Below are positions 22,661 through 38,136 of a stretch of 64,000 nt of DNA, piece by piece (position 1 is the first letter of the stretch; each line of letters begins with the position of its first letter). The translations under genes and the position numbers were made by a program. The stretch spans positions 10,838,275-10,902,274 of the forward strand of contig NC_134032.1 in the NCBI RefSeq assembly GCF_964204645.1, given 5' to 3'. The stretch is from Tubulanus polymorphus. Lineage: Eukaryota > Animalia > Nemertea. The notes under the pieces were generated by a model. It was not told where the DNA came from. It ran no database searches and was given only the letters and a program-made list of their open reading frames with translations.

Positions 22661-24438
22661 ATCCTTTATCTGTTCATCTATATTCAGTCGTATTCCGATG
22701 AAACGTCATATGAAATCAAACAATAAACGTAAACATTTACAAAAAATCACTTTGTTATTGTCATCTCGTCTGGAGTTCATATCATATTCGCCCCTGAAAT
22801 ATTACGGCAGAACGTGGCAGTCAAGGTCAAACGAAGCTCAATATTCTTACTCAACTTCAACTCAATTTAGATTAATTTCATAAGGAAGCATGTTACAGGA
22901 ATATTTACTAACAGAACAAAAATGAAAATTGAGAAGGCTTTCACATGAGGGCCAAGCAAAGGCCGCTACAGCCAGCACCCAAGGAAAAACAAAAAGATAG
23001 AAAAGAAGAGAAGAGAGAAAGGACAATAAAAAAAGAATGAGGCCGAGTTAAGCGTGAGAGAGCCGTTTTGTTACAATATCATTGATCACTCGAGTCAAAT
23101 TGACTTAGGGTCATTGCGGACAACCTTCGCGCTCGTATCGAGCTGAAATCTAAGATGATATTTTTCTTACAGAGTACTTTTTTCAAGCTAGTTACTTTTT
23201 CTCAATTTCGACAAATCAAGGTCTCTTAAAGGATGAAGGAATGGGATCGATGGTATATATTCATGAGAATTGAGTTACGTAGTGAATATTCAGTAAAGAT
23301 CGGTAATGTACTGTGCAGGAGAAATTTAAAAAAAAAACCGGTCAACTGCTGGAAAAGAGTAAAATTGTCATACCACAGCGGAAATTGCACCAAAATAAAC
23401 AACCTAACTTTTCCCGTAATTAAGTATGTTCCTGGAAAAAATCCCATTCATATCAATGAATTATAATCAATGAAAAGCTTTGTTATCAACTTTCACTGAA
23501 AATATTACAAAAAAAACTCATTCGATAAAATCAGACATCATTTACCAAATCAAGAGGCCCCGCACATTAACAACGAGATGAAATGTCATTTGCACGGTGC
23601 GAAAAAATTGCTTATCTTTTAAATGAAAATCGCAACCCCCGACCTGACTCTAAATGCAATTTCACCATACCTACTAGGGACAAATTTGGGCGAAATAAAC
23701 GAAACCCTAATGTAACGTGTTAGCATCAACGCATTCTCCCTCGATAGGGATTCGTACCTGGTGACACCGCTAGGGCGAACTTCGGTTATCGGAGTTAGTC
23801 GGCTAGAGTCGAACTAAACGAAACCAAATTTCCGTTAGTCGGAACTATGGTCCGGATATGGTCGACCACGGGATTGGACACGGTCGCTGTAGTTCCGACC
23901 CATTTCCATGGCCGAAAGTGTGAAATTTTACGTTGCGACCGAACTATGGTTACCGAGCGTTCGGATATTAGTTCCGACCACTAGTCGACTAGCTACGAAA
24001 ACCGAAGTTGGCCCTATTGCAGTGGCAGCCCCGATGTCATCAGGGTCCTCTCATTATGTTTATTTGATTGGTTGATTTGGTGTGATTTGATTTTGTGTCC
24101 CTTACTAATCGATCACGCCTGCCGGGAACGAAACAGGGGGTTCGATTTTGAAATCGGAAATAAGAGTATAGCCACTTAGACAGCATTTCGAGCAAGACGG
24201 TGAAATAATTGGAGGTGTTACATACAGATTAATCGAATGACTTGTTTAAATCTATTCACAAGCAACATGTATAGTAACGAACCACACGCAAAGTAAGGAC
24301 TGAATTAGATTATGATAAATCTACGGTTGTTCTGGATACGATATGTATTACAAATGTTTTATATCGTGTTCGACTAAATACGTATTTTCTCAAGTGGGAT
24401 CTACTTCAATCAGCGCACAATTTGACTCCGGCGTCTGC

Positions 24439-25455
24439 TCATTTCCTTCGCGGGCAACCTTTAAATGCAAGCGATCGGAACTTTTTACTAGACAAACAGT
24501 AAACAACGAAATTGACGGAGGAATCAAGTTGAACAAACAGAGACGCCACAAAGTAGAAATTAAGATTTGGGATAAAACCTTTGAACTTGAAAAAGTGAAT
24601 TAGCAACTTGTGTAAAGCCATTGGCATTTCGAGTAAAGCAAAAGTTGTTACAACTGAAATCGCTAGTATAACAGGTTGATTATCACTGATTTTATGAGTG
24701 CTCATTTCGGAGCGTCTTTTAGAAGCTATATACAGAGAAAATATTAGAATTACATTTGCAAGAGCTATTCCAAAAAATGGTGCAAATACACCCAATATGT
24801 GTATCACGTTAACCGTCTTTTCAATTCGGAGAGGGCGACTTACTGCTGTCCAAAGATTTCCTTTAAACGGGCAAAGAACGCTAACCATTGCAACATCTCT
24901 AGTAAAATATTGCCAGACTTGAGAAGCGACACTCAAAATAACTATCAATAATAAACAAATGTTACACGTCGATTTAGTACAGATAATCCTAGATTTTAAT
25001 GGAAAGAACACGACAATTAATCGTTCTAAACTGATCAACATTGTCAGTAGATTCCTAATCATTTTAGAAATTTCTTGCACCAGGTTTGTGTGACGGAGGA
25101 GAAATGGGCCAATGAAATCGGTGTGTTCTAAGTAATAGACGTTCCGGCCGTACGTAAGCATGCCATCGGCATATCTTCCGGACTTTGCAATAGCCGTACC
25201 CAATAGAAACATATTATCCGCTATCGTTAGCAGACGTAAAATGTAATACGTGGTTATTACACTTTTAAAACGAAAGAGAACGAAATGTGTGTAAATATTA
25301 AGGAAGAACCCCGTAGTCCACACTACAGGTGAACAGTAAACGAGCACAATTATTCTTTTGGCGATTTCCTTACTGAATGGACAATCTTTTTCAACCGTAG
25401 CATTTGTCCATGATGCATTTCCGCCGTCACTAATCGCAGGTGGTTCCAGCAACAT
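24439..25455 (-). CDS. Intronless class A GPCR, type A (338 aa)
   Basis: Complete 7TM ORF with ERL, LLEMP and NFVVY motifs. Confidence 0.93.
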   Translation of the reverse strand: MLLEPPAISDGGNASWTNATVEKDCPFSKEIAKRIIVLVYCSPVVWTTGFFLNIYTHFVLFRFKSVITTYYILRLLTIADNMFLLGTAIAKSGRYADGMLTYGRNVYYLEHTDFIGPFLLRHTNLVQEISKMIRNLLTMLISLERLIVVFFPLKSRIICTKSTCNICLLLIVILSVASQVWQYFTRDVAMVSVLCPFKGNLWTAVSRPLRIEKTVNVIHILGVFAPFFGIALANVILIFSLYIASKRRSEMSTHKISDNQPVILAISVVTTFALLEMPMALHKLLIHFFKFKGFIPNLNFYFVASLFVQLDSSVNFVVYCLSSKKFRSLAFKGCPRRK

Positions 25456-25555
25456 ACCGAGCGAGAAAACCTATACGTAACGAGTCCGCGTCTGATTTAC
25501 TTTCTATACAAATCATAAAATAATCACCGAATGGCTGCGCACACGTCTTAAACTC

Positions 25556-26311
25556 TTAGAAAGCAAGGTTAATCGTACCTAATTTGCATCGTTTCCTCGA
25601 CACAGCGCATTCATTCAAAGCAACTTGTTCATTCATCTTTTCAGACTTATATCGCCGCGTCAGGTTAATTATCTTAACAATTCGGAGAGGGCGGCGTGCC
25701 AAAGCCCAAAGATCTCTTCTAAATGGGCAAAAAACCCTAATCTTTGCGATGTCTCTAGTGAAATACTGCCAGCCTTGAGAAGTCACACTCAAAATAACTA
25801 TCAATAATAAACAAATGTTACACGTCGATTTAGTGCAGATTATCCTAGATTTTAATAGAAAGAACACGACAATTAATCGTTCTAAACTGATCAACATTAT
25901 AAGCAGATTCCTTATCATTTTCGAAATTTCTTGCACCAGGTTTGTGTGGCGGGCTAGAAATGGACCAAGGAAACTGACGTTATCTAAATAATAGATTTTT
26001 TGGCCGTACGTAAGCATGCTGTGGAAATACCTTCCGGACTTTGAAACAGCGGTACCCAATAGAAACATATTATCCGCTATCGTTAGCAGACGTAAAATGT
26101 AATACGTCGTTATTACACTTTTGAAACGAAAGAGAATGAAATACGTGTAAATATTAAGTACAAATCCCGTAGTCCACACTACAGGTGAACAGTATAGGAG
26201 CACAATTATTCTGTTGGCGATTTCTTTATTGAACGGACAATCTTTTCCAACTGTAGCGTTTAGCCATGACGCATTTCCGCCGTCACTAATCGTTGGTGTT
26301 TTCAGCAACAT
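25556..26311 (-). pseudogene. Type B GPCR truncated after ECL2 by an 895-bp deletion
   Basis: Native sequence ends at 25658 (218 codons). The junction 25657/25658 corresponds to 57705/58601 of the intact locus. TM5-7 are missing and the ICL2 Pro is changed to Leu (VFFLLK). Confidence 0.9.
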
Positions 26312-28439
26312 ACCGAACGAGAGTCCGCGTCAGATATACTTTCGACGATTAATGAAATAATCAGCGAATGGTCGCACACACGTTCTCACTAGTAGAATCC
26401 CGGAAAAAAGGTTAATCGTATCTAATTTACATCGCTTCCTCGACACAGCGCAATCGTTTGAAGCAACATTTTCATTCATCTATTAATTCGTATACCATAA
26501 TCTGTATGTCTGATATAATTCAAATATAGACATATTTATATTCTGACGTAGACCGCAGTCAGAATGTTTCTATTTATCAACGTACGACGTTTGTACTAAT
26601 ATCGATGAATTGTAACTTTCAGATATTAGCAGATTCAATATTCCTTTTACAGTCCTGAGCTTAAGGTTGCGCTCAGTATACTGCGTGTTAGACCTACTGA
26701 GAGCTCGCGTCAAAACATGTGTCGCAATATGTACCACTGGCACTCAGATTCAGTGAAGACTCAGAACGACGCAGAATCGTTGACATTCAAAAGCGACAAA
26801 CAGGTATCGACCCAATACATGATGATGGTACTAGTGACTTCAACGATCTCATCATAAAGTTGTATACCACGATCTCATCATAAAGTTGTATACCACTATT
26901 ACTTCATAACCATACAATGCACCTACATACAAATTTGTATTGTATACAAATTTTTCTCTATTAGGCAATAGGATAGGCTCGTATGCTGGGCTGCTGCATC
27001 TTCATGGGAAAACATATTCTAAATTTTTTTCAGACAATTCATCATATTCAAAGAAAATGAATTCACTCGGCAACGTGCAGCTTTAATGACAGTGTATACA
27101 CATTTCGCTACAACAAGTTGGTTGCCTTTCAAATTCTGCGCCACCTGCATTCGCAATCAGAATACTAACTTTTCTTATATTTCAAACTAGTTCTCAACAA
27201 AGCTTTATATAATTTACTTTTTGATAGAATTTCAGGCACTAGTAAAATGGGTCTACTTTGTGTCAACGAAAGATATTAAACATAGCCGCAAAGCAGCGAT
27301 ATCGGGTTTTCTGACTTGAAATGAAAGCCGCATACCGGGGTATGAATCATTGAAACTTTCGCAACCCGGGTAAAAATACTTGAAACCCTCGCATACCGGG
27401 AAAAATCTTTGAAACCCTCGCATACCGGGATAAGAATCATTGAAACCCTCGCATACTGGGGTAAGAATCATTGAAACCCTCGCATACCGGGGTAAGAATC
27501 ATTGAAACTTCGGCAAACCGGGTAAAAATCATTGAAACCCTCGCATACCGGGGTAAAAATCTTTGAAACCCTCGCATACCGGGGTAAAAATCTTTGAAAC
27601 CCTCGCATATCGGGGTAAGAATCATTGAAACCCTCGCATACCGGGGTAAGAATCATTGAAACCCTCGCATACCGGGGTAAAAATCATTGAAACCCTCGCA
27701 TACCGGGGTAAGAATCATTGAAACCCTCGCATACCGGGGCAAGAATCATTGAAACCCTCGCATACCGGGGTAAGAATCATTGAAACCCTCGCATACCGGG
27801 GTAAGAATAATTGAAAGACACGCATACCGGGGTATGAATCATTGAAACCCACGCATACCGGGGTAAGAATCATTGAAACCCTCGCATACCGGGGTATGAA
27901 TCATTGAAATGTAAGAGAATCGGGTTTATACATTTCAAGGGCCAGCTTCACAAAAACGGCTCATTTGCGAGCTGAACCGAGGGTTGGTCAATAATGCGAG
28001 CGTTTCAATCAGTTTTTAGAAGCCTGCAGTTTCATAGAATGAGTTTAGAATATTTAATCCCAGGGATCAGTTCACAGTGATGGCTTTAGGTTTGAGACCA
28101 GTCCAAGACCAGTTTCGTTCTATATACTGGTCTTAAGTTGTTAGATTGGTTATCTAACAACTTGAGACCGGTCTAAGCTCAGTTCGGACAACATCGTGCA
28201 ACTGTCCCCTTGGATTCGTTTCACAAATATGATACATGAATTGTTTTTGTCAAACTGGACCCTCGGCTTAGTTTCATTTCATAAAACTTTACTCAATTCT
28301 TAATTTCTTAATCGTGCCGAGTTGATCATTTTTTATGAAACTGAACCCTTGGGATGTGATTTATATAGGTTTATCATGTGTGACGCCGAGTCTATGAAAC
28401 TGCTGGCGTCTGTAATCACAACTAGAACAAGAGAGAAAA

Positions 28440-31400
28440 CATATATTTATTTCAAATAAAACCATACAACAGTTCATACAAAATCAAGTCCAAGTCCCAT
28501 GATAAAGAATCCTGTTGATGTATCAGCTATTAGATTTTTGATCGTGGGACACGTCTTGGCACATCGTACAAAATAGGTCAATTTACATTATTAATCATTA
28601 AGCAAATTAATTCAAGTTCACCCGGAACAAAACAGTTGAACCGGGTCCTGGGATACAAACAATTACAAACATAATGCTATTACATGGAGCGCGTAAAGTA
28701 TCCAACGCCCTTGATCCATCTCAGAAAGGCCATCATTAATCCTCAATTCAATTTTCAGTGGCAATCAAAATGAGATTGAAACCCACTATATATAAATCTA
28801 ATTAAAATCAAAAGACGTTTCGGAGTCTCTCTAGAGACCATCGTGAAGAAATAACTAGAACACAGGGAAAATATAGAGGAAAGAACATGTTAATTGAGAA
28901 GTAAAGAAAGTAGGTTATTTTGTGCTTATAGGTTGAGAGGTTTTGTTATTTTGTGCGTAGGTTGTTCTAGTTATTTCTTCATTCACTCCATCTATCTCTT
29001 GATTTTGAAGAAAACTGAATAAATATCGTGCTTAATCACTTGAATTTCTATATAGTGGGTTCCAATATCATTCTTATAATCTATTACCCCCGTATGAGGC
29101 TATGGGAGCTGCTCATTCTTCTGGAAAAATGACGTTACAGCTTTGAGACGAATGAGGGGGTGACTCCATTGTTTTTATAGATATGTGGTACGCGGTCTAT
29201 GAAACCATCACAAACAGAACAACCGTAGCCTGCCCAAACCGGCCGGCACAATTAAACAATATTCATTTGGCTTAAAACTTCAAAATAGATCTAGGGATGA
29301 TAAAGCAGATTTCTGAATAAAATGCAGCATATCGATCTCCCTGCAGGTAGATGGCTGGTCTCTATCAGATGGCCTATTGGTACTTACTTCGTCCTGGAAT
29401 AAAGAGAAAATTGCATCAAGTGGAAATTGTTCTATGAAATATCATAAGTATAGTAGTGATGACATGACAACACAGCAACACACATAGCATTGAGGTAATG
29501 ACCCGGAAGTTAGTCAGAAAGGAATTACCAGGCATCTTTTGAATGGGGTATATCTGATAAATAATAAGTTCAAGCTCAAGATGATGAGGGTTTAGTTTGA
29601 ATTCAGCTACAGGAAAATAAAAATTTTAGAATAGAAGTAAGATACGTCCTCTAGATGGTCTACATATTGGGCAGCTAGCTGAGTCCCCTGAAAATAATTA
29701 ACACCTTCATAGTTCTAACATGGACTCTGCAGGATAGAAGCGATTGAAAATTCACCTTCACTGATTGATGTAGTTCTATGGTGTTTAATTCTGGTGGAAT
29801 GAATTAAAGTTCTCCACTGTTTCTAGCTCAGAAGTAATTCATTCTATGTGTTGAGCTGGATGATCAAAAAAGAAGGCTTTTTATCAGGAAATTACTTTAT
29901 ACTATAGCAGCTGTTAGACTGTAAATGTATAGAGACTGGAATCTGCAGAGATATTTACCGGTACTTGTTCTGAAGTGTGACTTTCTAAAAGCGATATCCA
30001 TCATTTACAAATGTTCGGGGAATTCACAATGATTACTGTTCACAGATTTGTCAAAGGTTCCAATTATTTTTCCTCCTTTCAGCTTTATTCTGTCAATAGA
30101 GAATTGATTTTTGCGGAATAAAGAAACATGTCGTGTGAGTCTGCTATTCAGAAAATTACCATCTTTCATACTTGTTTTGATTACTGTAGTATATCGTCCA
30201 CAGTATTTTCCAGTAAAAAATGATTGCGGATTCAGCAGCAGCCGCATTTCCTACAAAGCTTTCGAGAGAATCACACATGAAAATAATGTACGGAATAACT
30301 AATTGTAAGGTTATTATAAAATTAGAAGAAAACTCACCATTTCAAAACTATCAGATGAATTAAGTTAGCATTTTGACTATGCAGACAATTTTCGGCAGGA
30401 TTTCACCTCTAAGAGCCATAGTACCATGCAGTTAAGAGCACAGATGATTTCCTGAAAAAAATGAACGTATAAATAGTTGAACCGTACAGTATAACAAGTG
30501 AGCACTAGGTTCAATTGTGTAGAGAATATTACTTAGTTTCTTTTTCTAAAAGAATGATAGCTGCTTCAGCAACTTCTTCACTCATTGAGGGTGAATATTC
30601 TTTTGATCATTACAGCTGCAATTCGTGTTGGGAACATCGCATTCTGGAAGGAGATAATTATGCCAAAACATGATTATTAGTGTGATGAATGAATTTGCAG
30701 ATTGTTTACGTTCGATTGACAGAAAACCCACCAGATGTTTGAGTATAGTTTATCACAATGTGTTGAGTGTATACAGATTTCTGAGGGGGTCTGATGGTGG
30801 CTATCGACTGTCCTCTAGGAAAGCATTGATACCTGCTGACATTGACCGATCAAAAACCAACCATTTTCCTGACTTTATTCGAAGATACATCTATTGAATC
30901 TATTGATAACAGACAAATGTTAAATATAGTTATAAACTGATAAATCACCACAAATTACTGCGATAAATCAATAGAAAACTCACCGCTTATGAATTGTATC
31001 TGATTCTAGAGCGCAAGGTTTACTGTTTGAACATTGCTAAGGTTCAACTTCATTTTGGCCCCTAAAATACAAATGCTGTATAGACGTATCTCACCCCTGA
31101 AAATGTATATATGCATGAGGAACATGAACACCTTGATGATGTTATCTTTGACCAGGATATTGAAAATTCACCTTCACTGATTAATGTAGTTCCATTTTGT
31201 TTAATTCTGGTAAAACGATTTCAAGTTCTCAACTGTTTCTAAAGCTCAGGAGTAATTCATTCTATTGAACTGGACGGCCATAAAAGAAAAGCTTTTTATT
31301 AGGAAATGGTGTCATACATTTACAGCCAAAGCTCAGCTAGTATAGAGACTGGAATGCGCAGAAATAATTACCGGTACTTGTTCTGAGGTGTGACTATCTA

Positions 31401-34400
31401 AAAGCGATGTCCATCTATAAGAAATGTTCGGTGGATTCGAAATGTTTACTGTTTGCAGATTTGTCAAAGGTTCTGTTGATTTCAGGTCCTAAATGTATGA
31501 ATGTTAAAAATTGTCAGTTAAATCGCTACGAAATATGTCTATTCAAATTGAGACTCATATCTTGCATCTGACTTGTTTGCAGAAATCTTAGGATGTGTGT
31601 GAGGAGGATCTACATCAAGTTGATCTTAAGCGTAAATTCTGGTGCTGTGTAGATTTCATTCTGTAAAGAGAAAATTGATTTGTTAAATAAAGAGATATCA
31701 CGTGTGAGTCTGCTATTCAGAAAATTACTATTTATCTTACTTGTTTCGATTATTGTAGCAGCTTGAGTAGAATTGATTGGGTATTCAGCAGCCGCATTTC
31801 TTAAAGCATTCGAGAGAATCACACATAAAATTACTTCATTGAATAATTAATTGTTAGGTCATTTTCAAATTAGAAAACTCACCAGCTCCAATAAACGGAT
31901 GAGTTAAGCGCCGTTTTGACCCTGCAGACAATTTTCAGCAGTATTTCACTTCCTTTAGCCATAATGTCATAATGTTAGGAGCATTGATGATTTCCTGAAG
32001 AAAATGAACATATAGAAAATTTAACCCTTCAGTTAAAACAAGGGAGTAAATGGTAGAATTGTGTTTAGAAAATTAGTTAGTTTCTTTAAGAAAATAAGAG
32101 CAGTTTCAGCAACGAGCTTCTTCATTATTTTATAGGCTGAACATTCTTGATTTTTACAGCTGCAATTTGTGTTTGGTGCATCGCATTCTGGAAAGAGAAA
32201 ATTATGCCAGGAAATGATTAGTAAAATAGATAGAATTTGCAGCTTGTTTGTGTTCGATTGACAGAAAACCCATTAGGTTTTTGAGTAGTTTATGACAATG
32301 TGTTGAGTGTATGCAGATTTCTGAGGGGTCTGATGGCAGCTTTAGACAGTCCTGTACGAAAGCATTGATACCTGCTGACATCGACCGATCAAACCATTTT
32401 CCTGACTCATGTCTCGATAGAGAGCGCGATATTTATTGTTTGGGATTTGTTGAGGTTCAGCTTCAATTTAGTCCCTAAAATAGAATTGTTGAATAGAAGC
32501 ATACATAGGTTGTTCTAGAATAAGAGCAGTTTCAAATTAAATCAATAACTCACGATTTTTCTCAGTTTTGTTGGGTATATTTCATGTTGAGACGCAGAAT
32601 TCGTCAAATTCGTCAAATTCCAAAATTCCCATTGCCCTGTCCACTACAAACGTGGATAAAAAACATAAGGCCCTCTACAATCTCAATTTTGATCTGGACA
32701 TGATTGAAAACTCACCACGAATTGATAGAATAATTTATCTCTTGATGAATATTCGTGCAGTTGCTGCTGCTGTAGAAATTTATAACTAACCTTCAAATAG
32801 AAAATTCTATTGCGTGTATTTCATTCTGAAAAGAAAAAGAAACCATCATCAGTGACAATAGAGCAACCAGTAACATCTCAAAGTTAGCAATCAATCAGAA
32901 AGTATAGCATTTCTCTAGAGTTAACTGCTGTAGATATCAGACTGATTGAACAGTTACAGATGTAACATCGAGTGCAGATACGGAGTACAGGTCACTGCAC
33001 GAACTTCAGTGATTTGTTTTCATATCTTCCGCCGTCCGTCCGACTAAAACATCGTAACAGTTCAACTCACCTAACCTCCCTACCCGACCCTCCCTCATCC
33101 CATCCCTCCCGCCCTCCCTCGCCCCATCCCTCCCGCCCTCCCTCACCCCATCCCTCCCACCCTCCCAGACCCCTTCCCTCCCACCCTTCCAGACCCCTTC
33201 CCTCCCGCCCTCCCTCACCCCATCCCTCCCAAACTCCCTCACCCCTTCCCTCCCACCCTCCCAGACCCCTTCCCTCCCGCCCTCCCTCACCCCTTCCCTC
33301 CCGCCCTCCCTCACCCCATCCCTCCCAAACTCCCTCACCCCTTCCCTCCCACCCTCCCAGACCCCTTCCCTCCCGCCCTCCCTCACCCCTTCCCTCCCAC
33401 CCTCCCTCACCCCACCTCTCCCACCCTCCCTCAGCCCACCCCTCCCACCCTCCATCCCCTTCCCTACTGCCCTCCCGCCTAGCCCTCCCTAAATGCCGTC
33501 CCTCCTAGCCCTCCCATCTGGCCTCATGTCCCCACAAAAGCCTCATCAACTCTTTCTCCTCTGACATCACTAAACTCTACAATAACTTCAAAACGATTCG
33601 CCATTTTTCACAATCATAGGAAATTCATTAACAATTCGATATCCTTAATCGATTGCATCATTTACGAGACTCGGAGATGGAAACGTTCAAAGGATCTCTT
33701 TATCGAGGAATTCATTCAAATTATTCCTTTCCATTATTTCTTCGTACAACTCCTATCAGTTTCTTTAATCATTGAATCAATTTCAAGTTTCTGTTTACTG
33801 AGGCGTTTATCTGCGGATTATCAAACCAAACCTAAGAAACTCAACAATGTTGTAAGGTATGTAGGTGTAATATGGGTTCACCTGAACCATCGACCAACCG
33901 ACAATGCTTTGAGGAGGGCTAACACAAACCAACGACCAGAATGACGGCTGATTCAGATAGATCCAAACAAATAAGGCTATTTATATTGCTTCACGAATTC
34001 AACATGTCATCACTCACATTATGAAACCATTAGGGACAGTTGATAGTCAGATTAAACATCTCCAGACCTTCTACTAGAGGCTTTACAACAGCAAGTTTTT
34101 TTTTCATGGAATCCTATTCATGATATTTACTAATTAATGCAAAATGTTTGATTGTTACACTTAAACCCAGCGGAACAAATTAAAATCCAGCCATATTTCA
34201 TTACATGCCATTTTACTTTTTTTACTCTTTCTGCGAACATTTTAAAACACAGAGAAGTTTTCTCTGATATTAAGTGCTTTCTGTTTTTGAGTCGAGGTAG
34301 GAATAGACCCCTGCCCGCTCGCTAAGCCAGCAGGACACTAAACCTTCGAATTGCTCTCAGACCCCACTCTTTATATCAGCATTTTATGCCGTTCTATTTT

Positions 34401-37400
34401 ATGACAGAAGCTCACACGTTCGCTTTATTTCTTTTTCTTTTCATATGGCTTTCGTTTTTTTTTTAATGGCTCTTCTTATTTATCGGCTCACTGGCACTCG
34501 TCAGTTCCGACTGGGATCAAGTATAATCTCAAGTGTAAATCAAGACAAATAATAGTCAGTGACACTAACATAAATATGTTAGTTGATTTAGAGAATGCCA
34601 CCAAGTTGCTAATAAAACCACTAGTAGCAGCACTGATATACAATACATATGATTCTTTCCTTTACAACGTCACTTATAGTTCCACGTAAATCATTTCATT
34701 CTCAAACTTGGATATATAAATTATGTTTCTATAGAATCTTATAGCTTTTTAAACCTTTCATTCATAGCCGTGGTTTGGTGATCATGGACTCAAAGTTTGG
34801 TTGATGACCCTGGTTCGGTGATCATAGAGTCAAAATTTAGTTCATGGCCCTGGTTTGGGGACCATAGACTTTGAGCTGGAGACCTAGAGGCAGAGTTTGC
34901 TTCATGGCCACGATTTGGGGAATGTAGAGTTGTTTGGTCACCACGGAGGCTACTGAAATTTGGTTTTGAGTTTTGGACCATAAAGGTTAAATTTCGTACG
35001 TTGCTTTGGTTTGATAATCCGAGAATAAGGTTGGCTCATAGCCCTCATAAAAGATAAATTAGTTTTCATGGCCCTGGTTTGGTAACTATACAAAGGTATA
35101 GATAGGAGGAATTTTCAAAATATACATAGATTAGCATCCGTATCTACAGTATACAACCATCTTGAAGTCCAAAATCACGTAATCAAAAACTGACGGTTCA
35201 GTCGGCAGTGGCGAGCACCAAAGGGTTTGGGTCCTCTCCAAGAAAAATTCAGAATGTCCATACATTACACGGGGAGCAGTTGACAATAAAATGATCACTG
35301 CTGAGCACAACATAATATTGAGCGTCGCATGTTTTGAAAAGGAGCATTGGACTATGGAGACACGGCCATCCGCACGTGATCACATGAATGAAGTGAAATA
35401 AATATATACACTGAAAATGTTCAAAATCTGTGTAATAATCAATTAATGATATCTCAGAAATAATTGTCACTAATAAAGTAATGACATAATGCAAAATTAG
35501 AGTCTACAATGATACATCGAACAAAGTCTAAGCTACGTGATCTGACTAACTGATCACTGATCAAATCTACAGCAGAATATTAACTGCGGAGTATGAAGTA
35601 ACCTTCATGAACTGATATGATTATGAAAAATGGCAAATATGAGTACTGTAACTGTCAATAATCATAAGTATTGTAAGTAAACATACGTGAAAATATACAC
35701 AATTCCCTTATTATTAAAGTGGAGTTTATGAAAAAAAATGAACGCGTTTCCTACAATTCCTATTACAAGTAAATCGTAAAGAATTTAATCAATCGAGGAT
35801 TCTCAAAAACCTTATACGGAAATAATCCTATACTCTGTAACTACGATATATGGGTTTTGTCAAAATGGCAACGAAAAATAACTATCACCACCCAACCTAC
35901 CACCCACCGAGATCCAACACCACTACCCCACCACCCAGCCCCTACACTCCCACCCACCTAGACCTCCCCCAGCCCTACCACAGCCCCACCCTCCCTCAAA
36001 CGAATCCCTCCCACCCTCCCTCACCCCTTCCCTCCCACCCTCCCTCACCCCATCCCTCCCACCCTCCCTCACCCCATCCCTCCCACCCTCCCTCACCCCA
36101 TCCCTCCCACCCTCCCTCATCCCTTCCCTCCCACCCTCCCTCTACCCCTACCTCCCCCCGACCCTACCCAACCTCCCCAAACCCCACGGTTAGGCGAGTT
36201 GCAATGTTACGATGTTTTAGTCACATGGACGTAAGATAAGAGAACAAATCACTGAAGTAATGCAGTAATCTGTACTCTGTATCCGCAAACGATGTTACAT
36301 GTACCTATACCTGTTCAATCAGTCTGATATCTACAGCAGTGAAATGCACAGAAATCCTAACTTAAAAAAAGATACACATCTGATTGTCAGAAAGGACAAC
36401 AGTGTTGTGTCATTGATATCAGGGACCAGTTTCATATCGATAATGAATAAAATTTGAGTTGATAACAGTAGGAAACCTGTACATCCGCTTACCAACCTTA
36501 TAGAGAGACAAACTAACCAGACATAAACTATGCTTTAATAAATAAACACAGATATCGGTAGGGGAATTTTGAGTGGATTGAATGGATATATAAATGCAAC
36601 AGCTCACTGTAATTTCATTTCAAAACATGGTTAATCACTAAAAACTGGTCCCTTTAATCAAATCAACAACTGGTAAAAAATCATAATTAAATGGTACTTA
36701 TCTTGAATTTCGAGTTAGTGATTCCTGATTTCCTGTGCTGAATCCAAGAGTCATATTGTAAAACAGTGATTCCTGATGTCCTGTGCTGAATCCAAGGAAG
36801 TCTCATTGTAAAACAGTGATTCCTGATGTCCTGTGCTGAATCCAAGAAAGTCTCATTGTAAAACAGTGATTCCTGATGTTCTGTGCTGAATCCAAGAAAG
36901 TCTCATTGTAAAACAGTGATTCCTGATGTCATGTGCTGAATCCAAGAAAGTCTCATTGTAAAACAGTGATTCCTGATGTCCTGTGCTGAATCCAAGAAAG
37001 TCTTATAGTAAAACAGTGATTCCTGATGTCCTGTGCTGTATCCAAGAAAGTCTTATTGTGAAACAGTGATTTCTGATGTCCTGTGCTGAATCCAAGAAAG
37101 TCTTATTGTGAAACAGTGATTCCTGATGTCCTATGCTGCATTCAAGAAAGTCTTACAAAACGGTGATTCCTTGTTGTCATGTGCTAATTCCAAGCTTCCA
37201 AATGACCTATAATAGACAAATATAAGGTTGTTTCTCTCCCTAGAAATAACTGCAGAATCATCAAATCAAATATTCAAACTTACATATTCAGTGTTCACCC
37301 AAATCTGTAGTTCATTCATTCAGGAGGCTTTTCTATCTGCGGTCTAGGTTTTACATTCACAGTTGAACATGAAATATACATAAAGGAATGTTCAAGGAAT

Positions 37401-37660
37401 AAAAACAGAATGAATCAATTCACAGGGAAGCACAAGAACACAACTTCAAATTTTAAAGAATCATTTTCGGAATTAGATTACAACACGGTGAGGCGACGCC
37501 CATGATATCTGAGGTGAATTATATTTGCACCATTTTAACCCATGTTATAAACACTTACCGAATATTGATATACTGAATTCTGGGGTGCGATGGGAGGCTG
37601 GTTATGTTTGGAATAAGGTGGGATTTTTGCATGTTCATGTTTTATGTTGGAGACCGCCAT
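28440..37660 (-). pseudogene. Multi-exon pseudogene, copy 2
   Basis: Colinear with 5230-14236; AAAATGGCG start at 37660; partly different lesions (exon 2 acceptor AAG->ATG; retains the segment 31465-31560 that unit 1 lacks). Confidence 0.7.
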
Positions 37661-38136
37661 TTTCTTGTGCGCTGAATTAAGGTCAAACCAGTGGACACAA
37701 TGACCACATACGTCATAATGTCCCGGATTCGCGCGTTGCGCATGTCAGAAGTTTACAACGTCGATATTGAGGTTAGGTTTTTGTGCTTTTGCTATTTCTT
37801 ATGTTAAAATTCCACACAATATTCAAAGGATTTATTCTCAGCTGTTTTCAACTATAAATCATCAGTTTTTTGCATGAAGTGACTCTAAGTCCATGATTTC
37901 AGTTGCTATCGCTAGACTGTCGTGGCAGCCCCGATGCCATTTAGGTTCGAATCCCTGCAGGGTAAGATGGCACAGGACTTTTTGAATGACTGACTGTCAA
38001 ATGACTTCAGCGTTGATTAACTTGTCCTTGATTTTTTATCCTGAAATACAGAATTGTCCCTCTTATTCATTAGATAGATTTCACGCGACTTGGTTTGGTG
38101 TCCCTTACAAACCCATCGCACTTGCCGAAAATGAAA

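Noticed and set aside
26843-26897. 27-bp tandem duplication upstream of truncated GPCR B
   Set aside because: Private slippage event in one unit; useful only as a marker.
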